Assembly: GCA_044376115.1 (NCBI GenBank)
Contig: JBILLK010000035.1
Coordinates: 1-64,000 of the forward strand
DNA from: Polyangiaceae bacterium
GTDB taxonomy: Bacteria; Myxococcota_A; Polyangia; Polyangiales; Polyangiaceae
DNA: 64,000 bases
Reading direction: 5' to 3'
Below are positions 49,179 through 59,786 of this stretch, one piece after another (within the stretch, counting starts at the first letter, position 1; every line of letters begins with the position of its first letter). The notes under the pieces are model-generated. The model saw only the letters and a list, made by a program, of their open reading frames with translations, did no database searches and was not told the origin of the DNA. Both the position numbers and the translations under genes were made by a program.

Positions 49179-50234
49179 TTGAACGCGCTGCTCCTCACCA
49201 TCAGCGCCATCCTGCCGAGCCTCCTGATCATGCGCTACTTCCATGCGCGAACGCGGTACCCCGCGCCGCGCCGGGTGCTCTGGTCAACCTTCGGGCTGGG
49301 CGTGCTTTCGGTCTTCGGCATCTTCATGATCCTGAACTTGCTGCGGGTGTTTCACGGCGTTGGCAGGCCGGTTGTCGCTGGGGCCGTTCGAGCGTTCTTC
49401 TGCGCCGCCATCCCCGAGGAGGCGCTCAAGCTGCTGGTGCTCGTGGGGTACTGTGCGCGACGGCGTGAGTACGACAAGCCGATCGACGGGCTGGTGTATG
49501 GCGCTGCAGCGTCGCTGGGCTTCGCGACCATCGAGAACGTCGCGTATGTCGCAGAGAACGGCTTCACCGTCGCCGTCCTGCGAGCCTTCACCGCGGTCCC
49601 TTCGCACGCCTTCTCTGGGGCGATCCTCGGCTGGTATGTGTCGCAATGGAAGTTTGGCCGTGACACCTACGCGGTGCCCAAAGGCTATGCGTTGGTCGTC
49701 GTCCTGCATGGTCTCTACGACTGGCCGCTGATGACGCTCGAGTACCTCAAGGCTGCTTCGGCACCCAAGTCGCAGACGGATCTCGCGTTGCTCTTCGCGG
49801 TGTGTGTCACCCTGCCGATCGTCGCGATCGACGTGCTGTGGGCGAGGCACCTGCTGCTGCGCGCGCGTGCCGAGCAAGATGGGCCCGTGACGAAGTCGCG
49901 CAATATGCTCGAGGCGCGCCGCCGCATCCTCTCCTCGCTCGCCTCGGTCGATGAGCTGCTGATCGTTGGCGGCGGCAGTCTCGCGTCGCTCGGCGGCATC
50001 ATCCTTTGCCTCGTGACGATGTCGAACTTCCTGGGTGGTCCGCCCAAGACCAACGTCTTCATCGGTGCCGTGATCCTGGGCGCTCCTCCGCTCGGCCTGG
50101 GGCTCATGCTCTACACGCGCGGGATTCGACGTCGGGCCGCTCGCCTCGACGCCCAGCGTTTGGCCGCCTGGGAGTCGGCTGCCGCGCAACCGCTGTACAG
50201 CTATCAGAAGCAGACTTCGTTTCGCTCGCTATGA
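49179..50234 (+). CDS. prsW: PrsW family intramembrane glutamic protease
   Basis: PEEALK, DGLVYG, GFATIEN, SHA, LHGLYD; multiple TM helices. Confidence 0.9.
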   Translation: MNALLLTISAILPSLLIMRYFHARTRYPAPRRVLWSTFGLGVLSVFGIFMILNLLRVFHGVGRPVVAGAVRAFFCAAIPEEALKLLVLVGYCARRREYDKPIDGLVYGAAASLGFATIENVAYVAENGFTVAVLRAFTAVPSHAFSGAILGWYVSQWKFGRDTYAVPKGYALVVVLHGLYDWPLMTLEYLKAASAPKSQTDLALLFAVCVTLPIVAIDVLWARHLLLRARAEQDGPVTKSRNMLEARRRILSSLASVDELLIVGGGSLASLGGIILCLVTMSNFLGGPPKTNVFIGAVILGAPPLGLGLMLYTRGIRRRAARLDAQRLAAWESAAAQPLYSYQKQTSFRSL

Positions 50235-50289
50235 CGGTTACACTCCGGCCCATCGGAGAGATGGCGGGTAATTCGTTCAACAGGACCAT

Positions 50290-52004
50290 ATGGCGAGCCC
50301 GGGCCAGGCGCAGCCAAAAGCTTCGCCGGGGGCCAAGGCTGTCACGATCGGTCGCTACCAGCTCTACGACGTGATCGGCTCGGGAGGGATGGCCTCGGTG
50401 CATCTCGGGCGAATGAGCGGGAGCGCCGGCTTTACGCGCTTCGTCGCGATCAAGCGGCTTCATCCGCACCTCGCGAGCGGTCGTGAGTTCTCTGAGCTCT
50501 TCCTCGACGAGGCGCGGCTCGCCGCGAGGCTCCGTCACCCGAACATCGTGGAGACGCTCGATGTCGTTCGCGAGGGGAGCGATGTGTTGATCGTGATGGA
50601 GCTCGTGGAGGGGGCGTCTCTTTCGGTCTTGTCGCGGTCCGCGGCTGCGGTCGGCGCGCGCCTTTCGCCGGCCCTCGTCTCGGCTGTCGCGCTCGGTATC
50701 CTGCGTGGGCTTCACGCGGCGCACATGGCGAAGGCGCCGTCCGGTGCACCGCTCAACATCGTGCACCGTGATGTCTCGCCGCAGAACGTCCTGATCGGCG
50801 TGGATGGCGTCCCGCGCGTGCTCGACTTCGGCGTAGCCCGGGCGAACGGGCAGTTGCACGCGACGAAGAGCGGTGAAGTGCGCGGCAAGCTCGCGTACAT
50901 GGCGCCCGAGCATCTGCGCGGCAGCGCGACCCAGAAGAGCGATCTCTACGCCGCCGGCGTCGTGCTTTGGGAGCTGCTCGCCGGCGAGCGGCTCTACCGT
51001 GCCGAGGATGACGCAGCGCTGCTTGGTGCAGTGCTCTACGAAGGGCCCCGCCCGCTCCCGGCTGCTGCCGTCAGCGCCGCTCCAGCGCTCGCGGCGATCG
51101 TCTCCTGTGCGCTCTCGCAAGACCCTGCGGCGCGCTTTCCGAACGCTGCTGCGATGGCCGCGCGATCGAGCAGGCGGTGCCACCTTGCTCGTCGAAGCAG
51201 CTCGGTGATTGGGTGGAGCGCATCGCACGCCCTCAACTCGCACAGCTCCGTGTCGCGCTCGCGGCGATCGATGAGGAGCCAGGGCTCGGTACCTTTCGCC
51301 TCGCCAAGAAAGAGCCAGCGGCGCCGGTTGCGGTTCCAGTACCAGCGCCGATCCAAGCGCCAGCTCCGGCAGCGATCCAAGCGCTAGCTCCAGCGCCGAT
51401 CCAAGCGCCAGCCCCAGCGCCGATTCAAGATCCATCCGTCAACCGTGAGGTCGGCGTAGCAGCAACACTCAAGGCTGGGGAGCCCTTCGGCCAAGCTCCA
51501 ATTGCGACCGTTGGGGCTGCACCGCTGATGGCTTCAGCGCCGCCCCCACCGACAGCACCGCAGTGGGCGGGTGCCTATGCTCCTTCGCACGTTGCTCCCC
51601 CGGCGCCTTGGGCAGTTGTCGCCAGGCCCCCTGCTGTTCCTGCCTACGTGCACAACAACGTCTGGCTCTCGCTGGTGATGGCCGGTGTGCATTTGGCGGT
51701 CATGTTCTTCCAGCCCACGCTCCCAGCGATCGTCCTCGGTGGGATCGTTAGTTCGATCTTTGGCTCCAAAAGCGCGATAGCTGGGGTTGCCGTCCTCCTC
51801 GGCTATCTCTGGCTCGCGTCTGGGATCTTTTGGGCGCCCATCAATGCGTATGGCTTGAGCAAGCGTATGCCCTGGTCGCGGATGTCCACGCTGGTTTATG
51901 CAGCTCTATCCATTCCCACCGGTGTTGGCGCACCCTACGGCGTGCACGCGCTGTTGACGCTGGGCTCACGGCCCGCGCGTGACGACTTCGAACGGCGGCA
52001 CTGA
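50290..52004 (+). CDS. Ser/Thr protein kinase with C-terminal TM domain, 1-nt frameshift near 51162
   Basis: GGMASV, HRDVSPQN, DFG, GKLAYMAPE; continues in the 51177-52004 frame with PAPIQA repeats and TM helices. Confidence 0.85.
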
Positions 52005-52019
52005 CCCGCTGCGCTCGTT

Positions 52020-52463
52020 TCACAAGGGCGAGGCGCGCCCCGCGAAGAAGTGATCGCGCTGCGGACGCGTCGCGATGATTGCGCCAGCGATCAGCGCGAC
52101 GAAGACGAGATCGCCGATGGCGGCGCTGAGCGCGAGGCCATTCGGTGGGTTGCCGGAGAAGCCGCTCAAGATACGTGCGGCGTAGAGGGACTTGCCCACC
52201 GCGCCGAGCACGACCACGAGCAGGTGGCGTCGCGGGTCGAAGCTCGCCACCGCATATCCGATCGCGAAGAGCAGCGTCTGCCCCCATGCCCCTCGATAGA
52301 GCTCGAGCACGATCGGAGATTCGGCAGGGGCGCCGCTGAAGCGCTGGAAGCTGGCGGCCGGATCGAGGTAGCCCGGGACCGCGCCCAGCAACGTCCACAG
52401 CGCAGTTGCGGCGAGGACATAACGAAAAACGCGCAAGGCTCGGTCTGTAGGATTCGCTTTCAT
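52020..52463 (-). CDS. membrane protein
   Basis: 147 aa with four hydrophobic segments. Confidence 0.7.
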   Translation of the reverse strand: MKANPTDRALRVFRYVLAATALWTLLGAVPGYLDPAASFQRFSGAPAESPIVLELYRGAWGQTLLFAIGYAVASFDPRRHLLVVVLGAVGKSLYAARILSGFSGNPPNGLALSAAIGDLVFVALIAGAIIATRPQRDHFFAGRASPL

Positions 52464-52547
52464 GACCGAACGTTGCCGGACTGGCCCGCCCGAGTCCTTT
52501 ACATAGGTCGAGAATCGAAGAACTCGACTACCGAAAGGAGCGCGCGT

Positions 52548-53102
52548 TCAACGCTTGCGGGCGGCGCGCACGCGGCTGAGCTGCGTCGGCGTGATCCCGA
52601 GGTACGCGGCGATCTCGTACAGCGGGACGTCGACCTCGATGCCCGGGTGCTGTTCGAGCAGGCGTGCGTAACGTTGCGAGGCGTTCATCGTCGCCATCTC
52701 GAGCTCGCGTTGCTCCTTGATCAGGTAGAGCCCCTCGGCGAACTTGCGCTGGAGTTGTACGAGCGACGGATACTGCTGCTCGAGTTCGAGGATCGCCGCA
52801 CGATCGATGAACCACACCACGCAGCTTGTGAGCGCCTGTTGCGGCACCTCGACAGGGCGGCCCGTGAGCAGAGAGGCGTAGTCCCCGACGAAGTCGGGGC
52901 CGCTGAAGAAGTGCTTGTTGTACTGCTTCCCATCGACGGTGGTGAAGTACGCGCGCACCCGCCCCGACTCGAGCAGCCCTACGGTGGACTGCACCGAGCC
53001 GAGCGGCGACACATGCTCCCGCGGCGCGAAGCTACGCCGCACGAGGAGCGGCAAAAGCGCCTTCCAGACCGCGGGCTCCAGCGGATGAATTGCGTCCATC
53101 AT
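52548..53102 (-). CDS. Crp/Fnr family transcriptional regulator
   Basis: G..RAYF...DGK.YNK.FF, A..RY..L....P, IAAYLGITPTQLSRVR. Confidence 0.92.
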   Translation of the reverse strand: MMDAIHPLEPAVWKALLPLLVRRSFAPREHVSPLGSVQSTVGLLESGRVRAYFTTVDGKQYNKHFFSGPDFVGDYASLLTGRPVEVPQQALTSCVVWFIDRAAILELEQQYPSLVQLQRKFAEGLYLIKEQRELEMATMNASQRYARLLEQHPGIEVDVPLYEIAAYLGITPTQLSRVRAARKR

Positions 53103-53123
53103 GCGCAGCAGTCGCGCCGAGAT

Positions 53124-53220
53124 TTCACCGAAGGTGGATGCAGTGAACAGAATGAGTCGTGCCCTCCTCGAGAAAGCGAGCCGAAGGCCCCGTTAGACCT
53201 TCGGCTAGGCACGAGTCATT
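53124..53220 (+). mobile_element. 97-bp structured element (copy 2)
   Basis: TTCACC-GAA-GGTGGA...AATGAGTCGTGCC...GGCACGAGTCATT. Confidence 0.8.
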
Positions 53221-53250
53221 TTCGAGGGAGGCCAAGCGTCGAATCTAGCA

Positions 53251-54021
53251 GTGGTGTCCGCGGACGTGTCCTACGGATTCCGCGCCGGTAGTTGCGGCGT
53301 GGTAGCGTTCCGCATGTCCTCGAAACGGTTCTGCAGACTGCACGTCTCATCCCGAGGGCCAACCTCTGGCGCGGCGACCTTCTTGTGGGTGCTCGGGTTC
53401 TTGGCGGCTTGCTCGACCTCTTCTGGACAGGGGGCCACCCCAAGCGAGCCCGTCGCTTCCACGTCGTCCTCCCAAGCCGGGCCCGCGTCCACGACGTCGT
53501 CCTCCCAAGTCGGGACGCCTCCAGCTTCCACGTCGTCCTCCCAGTCCGGGACGCCTCCCGTCGCAGTCCCGGCGACCTCTATGGGAGCCTTCTCCCCCAT
53601 AGAACTAGCCATGGTGAAGTTGCTCGCCGAATCGCCGAACTCGGGCTCGATCGGGTCGTCCGTAACCGAGTGGAGCATCAACGGCAAGACGCCAACCGAG
53701 GCAACGGACGCCGATATCCGTCAAGCCATCGGGGAAGCCGGGTGCCTGCCCGATCAATCGCGCGACCGGGCCCCGGAGTTTATCGTCACTGTTTCCTGTG
53801 GGACCACCCAGTACGAGGTCGTGCGCGTCGTTCGTGCAGCGCCACTGTCGGCGGAGCAGTGGACCGCGAAAATGAAGACGGTCGCGTTCGTCGAGGCGAC
53901 TGGTGTCCGCTTGGAGGTACGTCCCAAGTCCGGCGCGAGCGTTGAACAGGCGCGTTCATTGTTGAGGCTGGTCCTGGGGGCTGACAGCCTTCCGCCAGGT
54001 AGCCCAAGTCCAGGTCTCTAA
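53251..54021 (+). CDS. hypothetical lipoprotein (start uncertain)
   Basis: Lipobox LAA-C, AST(T)SSSQ x3. Confidence 0.6.
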   Translation: MVSADVSYGFRAGSCGVVAFRMSSKRFCRLHVSSRGPTSGAATFLWVLGFLAACSTSSGQGATPSEPVASTSSSQAGPASTTSSSQVGTPPASTSSSQSGTPPVAVPATSMGAFSPIELAMVKLLAESPNSGSIGSSVTEWSINGKTPTEATDADIRQAIGEAGCLPDQSRDRAPEFIVTVSCGTTQYEVVRVVRAAPLSAEQWTAKMKTVAFVEATGVRLEVRPKSGASVEQARSLLRLVLGADSLPPGSPSPGL

Positions 54022-54052
54022 ACGGGACCTGGCCCGCGAACGTGTCCGCGCG

Positions 54053-55141
54053 CTAGGGACCCGTGGTCTCCGGGTCGCAGTCGGGCTCCGCCGGGTCGCA
54101 GTAGAGGTTGGGCATCGCATTCCCACTCCACTTTGCGCGCAAGGGCGAGTTGTTGTTGTTGTTCTCGGGGTTCGGGTCCCAGAAGCTCAGCCCGAACTTC
54201 TCGCGGTGGAACCACGGCTGGACGTGCCCGCCCCAGAAGCCCTCCGCCATGAGCGTGTTGCATAGGCCGCGGGACCATTTGAGGGCCCACGGTATGTTCG
54301 ACTTCGGACCACTGAAGACGCCTTCGGAGCCCGGCTCCGCGCTGCAACCCGGATGGCCCTCGGGGAGATACGGCGCTTGGTCCTCGAGCGACGGAATGAA
54401 CGAGGCCCCACAGTGCGCGTTCATCGAGCCCTGGCACGGCCCCTCGGCCGAGCCGTTGGTGCCGGGATACTCGGCATCCCAGGCGGTCGTGAACTTGCGC
54501 TCATCACCCCATAGCGCGCGAGCGAACATGCAGTGGTCCTTCTTCACCTGACGGTCTTCAGTCGTGTAGCCAACCAGCGAGCGGAGATGGTTGATCGCAA
54601 TCCGGTGCCACTCATCCACCTCGGCCTTGGTGGGGTTCGCGTTATCGGCGAACGGCTGGTGCTGGTAGAAGACCTCCCGAATGCCTCGCACTCTGTCCAC
54701 GCTCGGACAAATGGCCTGGACGAACTCGTCGTGGCTCATCTTGGACGGGTTGTAGACGGTGCCGTCCCATTCGGCCTCGGCCCAGTCCGCGGGGTCGATC
54801 CAGCTGACGCTATCCGGGTCGTGCGCAGGGTTGCCGCCCTCGACCGGTTTGCTTGCGAAGGTGCTCCAGTCGGCTTGATCCGGTGTGTACTGCTCCAGCA
54901 TCGCATTGTTCGCGCCGCTGCCATTGGAGCCGCTGCCATTCGCGCCGCTGCCGTTCGCGCCGCTGCCATTGGAGCCGCTGCCATTCGCGCCGCTGCCGTT
55001 CGCGCCGCCAGCATCCGATGCGCCAGCATCCGAGGCGCCAGCGTCTGAGGCTCCTGCATCCGAGCCGTCTGCGCTCTCGTCACAAGCGACCCCAAAGTTC
55101 AGAACCGCAATCAGGGTGGCTAGCTTCTGGATCGTTCGCAA
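54053..55141 (-). CDS. hypothetical lipoprotein with 15-bp repeat linker
   Basis: TTG start after GGAGG, lipobox GVA-C, (DAGAS)n and (NGSGA/S)n repeats, globular His/Cys/Trp-rich domain. Confidence 0.75.
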   Translation of the reverse strand: MRTIQKLATLIAVLNFGVACDESADGSDAGASDAGASDAGASDAGGANGSGANGSGSNGSGANGSGANGSGSNGSGANNAMLEQYTPDQADWSTFASKPVEGGNPAHDPDSVSWIDPADWAEAEWDGTVYNPSKMSHDEFVQAICPSVDRVRGIREVFYQHQPFADNANPTKAEVDEWHRIAINHLRSLVGYTTEDRQVKKDHCMFARALWGDERKFTTAWDAEYPGTNGSAEGPCQGSMNAHCGASFIPSLEDQAPYLPEGHPGCSAEPGSEGVFSGPKSNIPWALKWSRGLCNTLMAEGFWGGHVQPWFHREKFGLSFWDPNPENNNNNSPLRAKWSGNAMPNLYCDPAEPDCDPETTGP

Positions 55142-55340
55142 TGGGACCTCCTGAATCAACGGGAGGCGGTAGAGCAGTTGGTGTGCCAGGCCGCAACCTC
55201 TCGATCCTGCGGGCTTTTTACGCGGTCCGCCGCCCGCGCCTTGAACGGCGTTTCGTCCGCCTGGTACCGACCATGTTCCTGAGAGCGAGTGCGCCTCGGC
55301 GCGCCTTGTGGCAGGTGGTCGCACTGCGCGCAGGCGGTTC

Positions 55341-55853
55341 CTAGTCCACCGGTGCTCCACGCAGCCCCAGCTGCTCGGCCAGCCCCTTGAGCGCCTTCCA
55401 CAACAAGGCTTGTTGCTTCGGATCGAGCCGCCCGAAGGTCTCCGCGTCGTTCTCGTCAGCGAGCTCCGCTAGCTTGGGGACGAGGCGGCGCCCCCCAGCC
55501 CGCAGTGAAACGAACTGCGCCCGCCCGTCCTGCTCGTCTCTGCGGATCGACAAAAGCTGCTTGGCGAGGAGCCGGTCCACGAGCTTCGAAACGGCGCCGC
55601 GGGTCAGCCCCAGCGTGTTCGCGAGCTCGCTCGGCTTGACCTCGTGCGTCTCGAACAGGGCGCGCAGCACGACCCACTCGGCCACAGTGACGCCGTGCTG
55701 CTCGACCTTCAGCTTGAAGGCGTGGGACACGTGGTTCGACACGGCGCGCAGCCAGTAGCCGAGATGCGCATCGAGCGCGCTCGGTGGCTTCGCCGAGCTA
55801 CCTTCACGCGGTAGTTCACCCGCACCCAGTTTATTGCGGGAAGTGTTCGACAT
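55341..55853 (-). CDS. MarR family transcriptional regulator
   Basis: GVTVAEWVVLR.L, LA..LGLTRGAVSKLVDRL, D.R...V.L...G. Confidence 0.92.
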   Translation of the reverse strand: MSNTSRNKLGAGELPREGSSAKPPSALDAHLGYWLRAVSNHVSHAFKLKVEQHGVTVAEWVVLRALFETHEVKPSELANTLGLTRGAVSKLVDRLLAKQLLSIRRDEQDGRAQFVSLRAGGRRLVPKLAELADENDAETFGRLDPKQQALLWKALKGLAEQLGLRGAPVD

Positions 55854-56253
55854 GTGTCTCCGCCGTGCGCCCAAAGTAGACGACGCGCTTGCCCAGAAAG
55901 GACACCATGTAGCCCGCGCAGCCAGCGGCCTTTACCTTCGCGCAGAAGCCCGCGTAGGAATAGCCGGGGACGTTGCTCTGGGCCTCCCGTACCGCTTGCT
56001 CGACCTCCTCGGCGTTGAACCCGGCTGCCACCCTCGTCTCGGCCTTGGGCAGGGCGAGCTGCACGCTCTGGTTGCTCGCCGTGAAATACGTTGCCGTCCC
56101 ACGCCGATAGTCGACGTCATACCCCTCGAACCCCGCCTCAATCAGGGTGCCAACAATGGCGGGGAAGTCCATGGTGCCTGCGTACGCGGCGTCCAGGCAG
56201 TGCTGGGCGGTAGCTGCAAGCTGCTCATTCATTCGTGCAAGTTGCTCATTCAT
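55831..56253 (-). CDS. DUF1398 family protein
   Basis: F..IV..LI.AG.EGY.VD......YF, Y..FC.....AGC.GY.V.F...RV.Y.GR..E.HVE.FP. Confidence 0.8.
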   Translation of the reverse strand: MNEQLARMNEQLAATAQHCLDAAYAGTMDFPAIVGTLIEAGFEGYDVDYRRGTATYFTASNQSVQLALPKAETRVAAGFNAEEVEQAVREAQSNVPGYSYAGFCAKVKAAGCAGYMVSFLGKRVVYFGRTAETHVEHFPQ

Positions 56254-56255
56254 TC

Positions 56256-57009
56256 TGGCCTCGCATCGATACCTGCGGCCGGCTCACCTGGTACGGCGTA
56301 TCGACGTGCCAACGAGGGCAAAGACATCGCGATCTTTTACGGTGGCTACGGCGCGACGCTGACGGCCTCGCAGAGCTGGCTCGATGAGGCTTTGACGCAA
56401 GAGCTCGAGGCACGCGGCGTCGGTCGGCTCTATGCAGTAAAAGGCCCGCTCCACTCCGACTATCGCGACTATGAGATAGGAAACTCCAAGATCGCCAAGC
56501 GGCTCATTGGCGATGAGGGCCAAGACGCACAGAGGATCATCGTGGTCGCGCACTCCTCGGGCGCTTTCGTCGCCAACGAGCTGATGACTCAGCTCGCTGA
56601 CGGCCGAGACACGCTCGGGAACGCCGCGCAGAAGGTCGTCTACTTCAACCTCGACGGAGCGGGCGGGCCACCGAACAAGGCGCTATTGAACCTCGCCGGC
56701 GCCTGGGCCGTGTTGGTGAAGGACGCAGCCGGAACCCGCTCGACGAACGCGTGGACCGCGGAGGACAACGGCGCCAAGTATTCTGCCGCCGGCAAGGGCG
56801 GCCATCACCTACTGCTCGCAGAAGCCGGCGCCTGTGCGAGTGGCGCAAAATGGTGCCTGCACATGTTCACAACCAACCAGCGGCCCCACAACAAGTGGGG
56901 GCTCGACGTCCAAAACGACTACACCGATTTCGACGGAAACCCTATTCAGCTCGGCTTCCTCGCGGAGCTCGGCGTCCTCGGTGAGCTGGCGGAAGACAAG
57001 GTCCCCTGA
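56256..57009 (+). pseudogene. 5'-truncated alpha/beta-hydrolase-like gene
   Basis: VVAHSSGAFVA nucleophile elbow, NLDG, CLH; coding-biased frame that runs back into the DUF1398 start with no usable start codon of its own. Confidence 0.55.
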
Positions 57010-57095
57010 GCTGCGTTCCCGCGCGAGGGAACCCTCGCCAGCCGAGCCTCGCCCGTGTGATTGACGCTCCCCCACGCGCGTGGAACGGACCACGT

Positions 57096-58362
57096 ATGCG
57101 TTGGTTCTTCTTCAGCTTGTGCGCCGTCGGGTTGCTTGCGTGTGGTGATGATTCGGCTGCCACTGGCGGTGCTTCGGTTGGCGGTGCGGCTGCCGGAGGC
57201 GCGTCTTCGTCGTCGGGCGGTAGCAGCGCGGACGGTGGAAATAGCCAGGGCGGAGCCGCGCAGGGGGGCGGCCCGCAAGGCGGAAGCTCTGCTTGTTATG
57301 AGGATGCGGGCCCGGCGCGCCCCATGTGGAACTTGTGGCCCGTCTGCGAGAGCTCGCCGGCCGGTGATAGCGCGAGCACCTCGAACGAGCCGTTGGGATC
57401 TTCGGCGTCATCGTACGGATGGCCGACCACCACGAAGCGCGTCTTGTCCGCACCGGCCGATCATCTTCTCCCCGAACGGCGAGCTTGGCTTCGCCGTACA
57501 GAACGACGGCAGCGTGGGCGTGTTCCGGCTCGCCAGCGATGGCACGCCTACGGTGCTCTCGGCAGGCGAACAATGGGACTTTTATGCCGACGCTCTGCGT
57601 TGGTCCGCTGCGGGGCCCTACCTCGTTGACGGTAACTTCCCCAAGAACGGCGGCGGTCTCTACCAGCTGCTCGTCGCTTGCGATGCCTCGCTCACGGCCT
57701 CCCCGCGCCTGTTCGACGCCAAGAACGCACGCGACCTGTTCGTGGACGCCGCAAGCGGTGACGTCCTGATCGCAGCGCGCGCCGCGCTCGGCTCCACCGA
57801 GGTCGCCCACGTGCATCGGCTTACGCTGGGAACGCCTCCCAGCTTGCTCGCTAGCAAAGACGCGTTCGGTGACGACGAGGCGATCACCAGCTTCGCCGCG
57901 CGCACCCGCATCGGCCGTCACATCATCGTCGCCGACAACTCCTCGTTTAGCGCGGTACCGAACCGGGTCGCCGCGGTCGAGGTCACAACGAGCGGGCTTG
58001 GCGCAGTGCAGACCCTGAGCGGCTTTGACGATCCGTATGCGATCGCCGTCTCGCCATTCGACGATGCCGTCGTCGTCACCTCGGGCTTCGGGGATGGCAT
58101 CTTCGTGCTCGACTACGACCCGCAGGCCGCGGCTCCGCTCACCTTGCGCGGCGAGCTCGACTACGCTGGCGCATCCCCGCAACTCCCCGGCGCGCTGGCC
58201 ACCGTTGAGCGCGGGCCGCTCGACGGCCGGGTGCTGATCGCCGACGTGCGCGGCGTTTACTCGGTGCAGTTCGCACCCGGCGCACAGGTCCAAGACCTCG
58301 GCGTGTTCGAACTCGGGCCCGGCAGCGAGGCGATCGTTGTCGGCATCGGCGTGCAGCCCTGA
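57096..58362 (+). CDS. beta-propeller lipoprotein disrupted by an internal inversion (~57315-57451) plus frameshift
   Basis: Lipobox LLA-C in one frame, propeller (IIFSPNG...) in the next frame, and the linking part is coding on the minus strand. Confidence 0.75.
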
Positions 58363-58410
58363 TCTGCGGCGGCCGCCGTACTGCGTTCGGCGTGCAGCGC
58401 GGACGCGCCG

Positions 58411-59697
58411 CTAGCCTGTGCTGCGCGCTTCCTCGGCTTCTAGTACGGCGAGTGCTTCAGCGAGCGCGGGTTCCTCGAGCGCCCCTTCGGCGACCTGCGT
58501 GAGTACGCAGGCGAGCGGCGCCGATACCGTCGTCTTCGCGAGAACTCCGATGCGCGGGCGCTCCTGGGGCGCTGCTTCCACCAGGGCGATCGCTGCGGCT
58601 GCGCGCTCCAACGTCGGCCTCGTTACGTCCTCGGTCAGTGCGCGAAGGGTCTCGACCTCGACCGGCGCGCTGCGATGGCCGCCATACGCTCCGGCGCCGA
58701 CGCGACGAAGGGCGGTGACCCACTCCGCGAACGGTCGCGCCCGGCGCTCCAGCGCTTCTATCGCGGCAGCGCGCGGGCTACTCCTTGCCGCGAGCATCGC
58801 TTCATGGAGGCGCACTGCGAACGCGCTCGTTTGCGCGACGAACTGCGGTTCATAGTACCCTACCGGGATCCACACCGTAGGGCCGCCGCGAAGGTGAAGT
58901 TTGAGTCCAATCTCACGTAAGAAGTCTCCGTGTACCGCTTGTTCGTAGCGATGAATCTGGTCGAAGCGTAAGACCCGCTCCTGCCTCAGCCAGCAAATCA
59001 CGAGGCCATCGACCCCGATATGCACGCTCGCTGGGGCCAGATAGAGCGCAGGGATGACGCCGACACTTGCGAGCAGCGCAATTCCCGCCGCAGTGATCCC
59101 CCACCAAAGGATGAATAGCGGTGCGACCACTAGCGCCAGAATGACCACCACCTGAGTATGAAGCGAGCACGCGCGAAAGCGGCTCGCGACCCGAAAACGC
59201 GCCGTCGTCTGATCGGCATTCAGCCCCAATGCACGCAGCAGTTGGGTGCCCGCCTGCGGAGTCCGCACGGCAAACTCGATCGGTAGGCCGAAGACGCTCC
59301 GCTTTGTCAAACGCACGAACCAAACGTCCTTGTCCTGAAGCAACAAGCCTTGAGCGAGCTGCTCTCGGCGCGCGAGCGTCTTGCCGGCGTGGAACAGCGC
59401 GTCGTCCGTCACGGTCGTCTGTCCCGCGACCGCAAGAAAGGGTGCTCTGGCGAAGGAGTCCCAGGCCCACCACAGCGCGACCAAGCTCGGCACCAGGCAC
59501 AGCACGATAAAAAGCCAAAACCGGCTCGAAAAGTCCGCCCAGAACAAACCAACGAGGACGTACGAACTCGCGAGCGCGCTGAGCCCCCACGTGCGTATCA
59601 CATGGAGCTGCGAGCGCGCGCGGTGCTCGAGGTCAAATGCGCGGTAGCGTTCGGCCGTCACGGTCGTCTGTCCGCTAGAGTACTTCGGATCGACCAT
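58411..59697 (-). CDS. hypothetical membrane protein
   Basis: Two TM pairs, each followed by a beta domain; C-terminal R.AAA.AL helical region; start uncertain. Confidence 0.65.
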   Translation of the reverse strand: MVDPKYSSGQTTVTAERYRAFDLEHRARSQLHVIRTWGLSALASSYVLVGLFWADFSSRFWLFIVLCLVPSLVALWWAWDSFARAPFLAVAGQTTVTDDALFHAGKTLARREQLAQGLLLQDKDVWFVRLTKRSVFGLPIEFAVRTPQAGTQLLRALGLNADQTTARFRVASRFRACSLHTQVVVILALVVAPLFILWWGITAAGIALLASVGVIPALYLAPASVHIGVDGLVICWLRQERVLRFDQIHRYEQAVHGDFLREIGLKLHLRGGPTVWIPVGYYEPQFVAQTSAFAVRLHEAMLAARSSPRAAAIEALERRARPFAEWVTALRRVGAGAYGGHRSAPVEVETLRALTEDVTRPTLERAAAAIALVEAAPQERPRIGVLAKTTVSAPLACVLTQVAEGALEEPALAEALAVLEAEEARSTG

Positions 59698-59786
59698 GGT
59701 TACGTGCCGCGAGGATTGCCACATCATCGCGATGACGTCGATGGTGCGCGGGCGGTGCGCAGCCGGGGCTGCGCACCGCCAACAGC

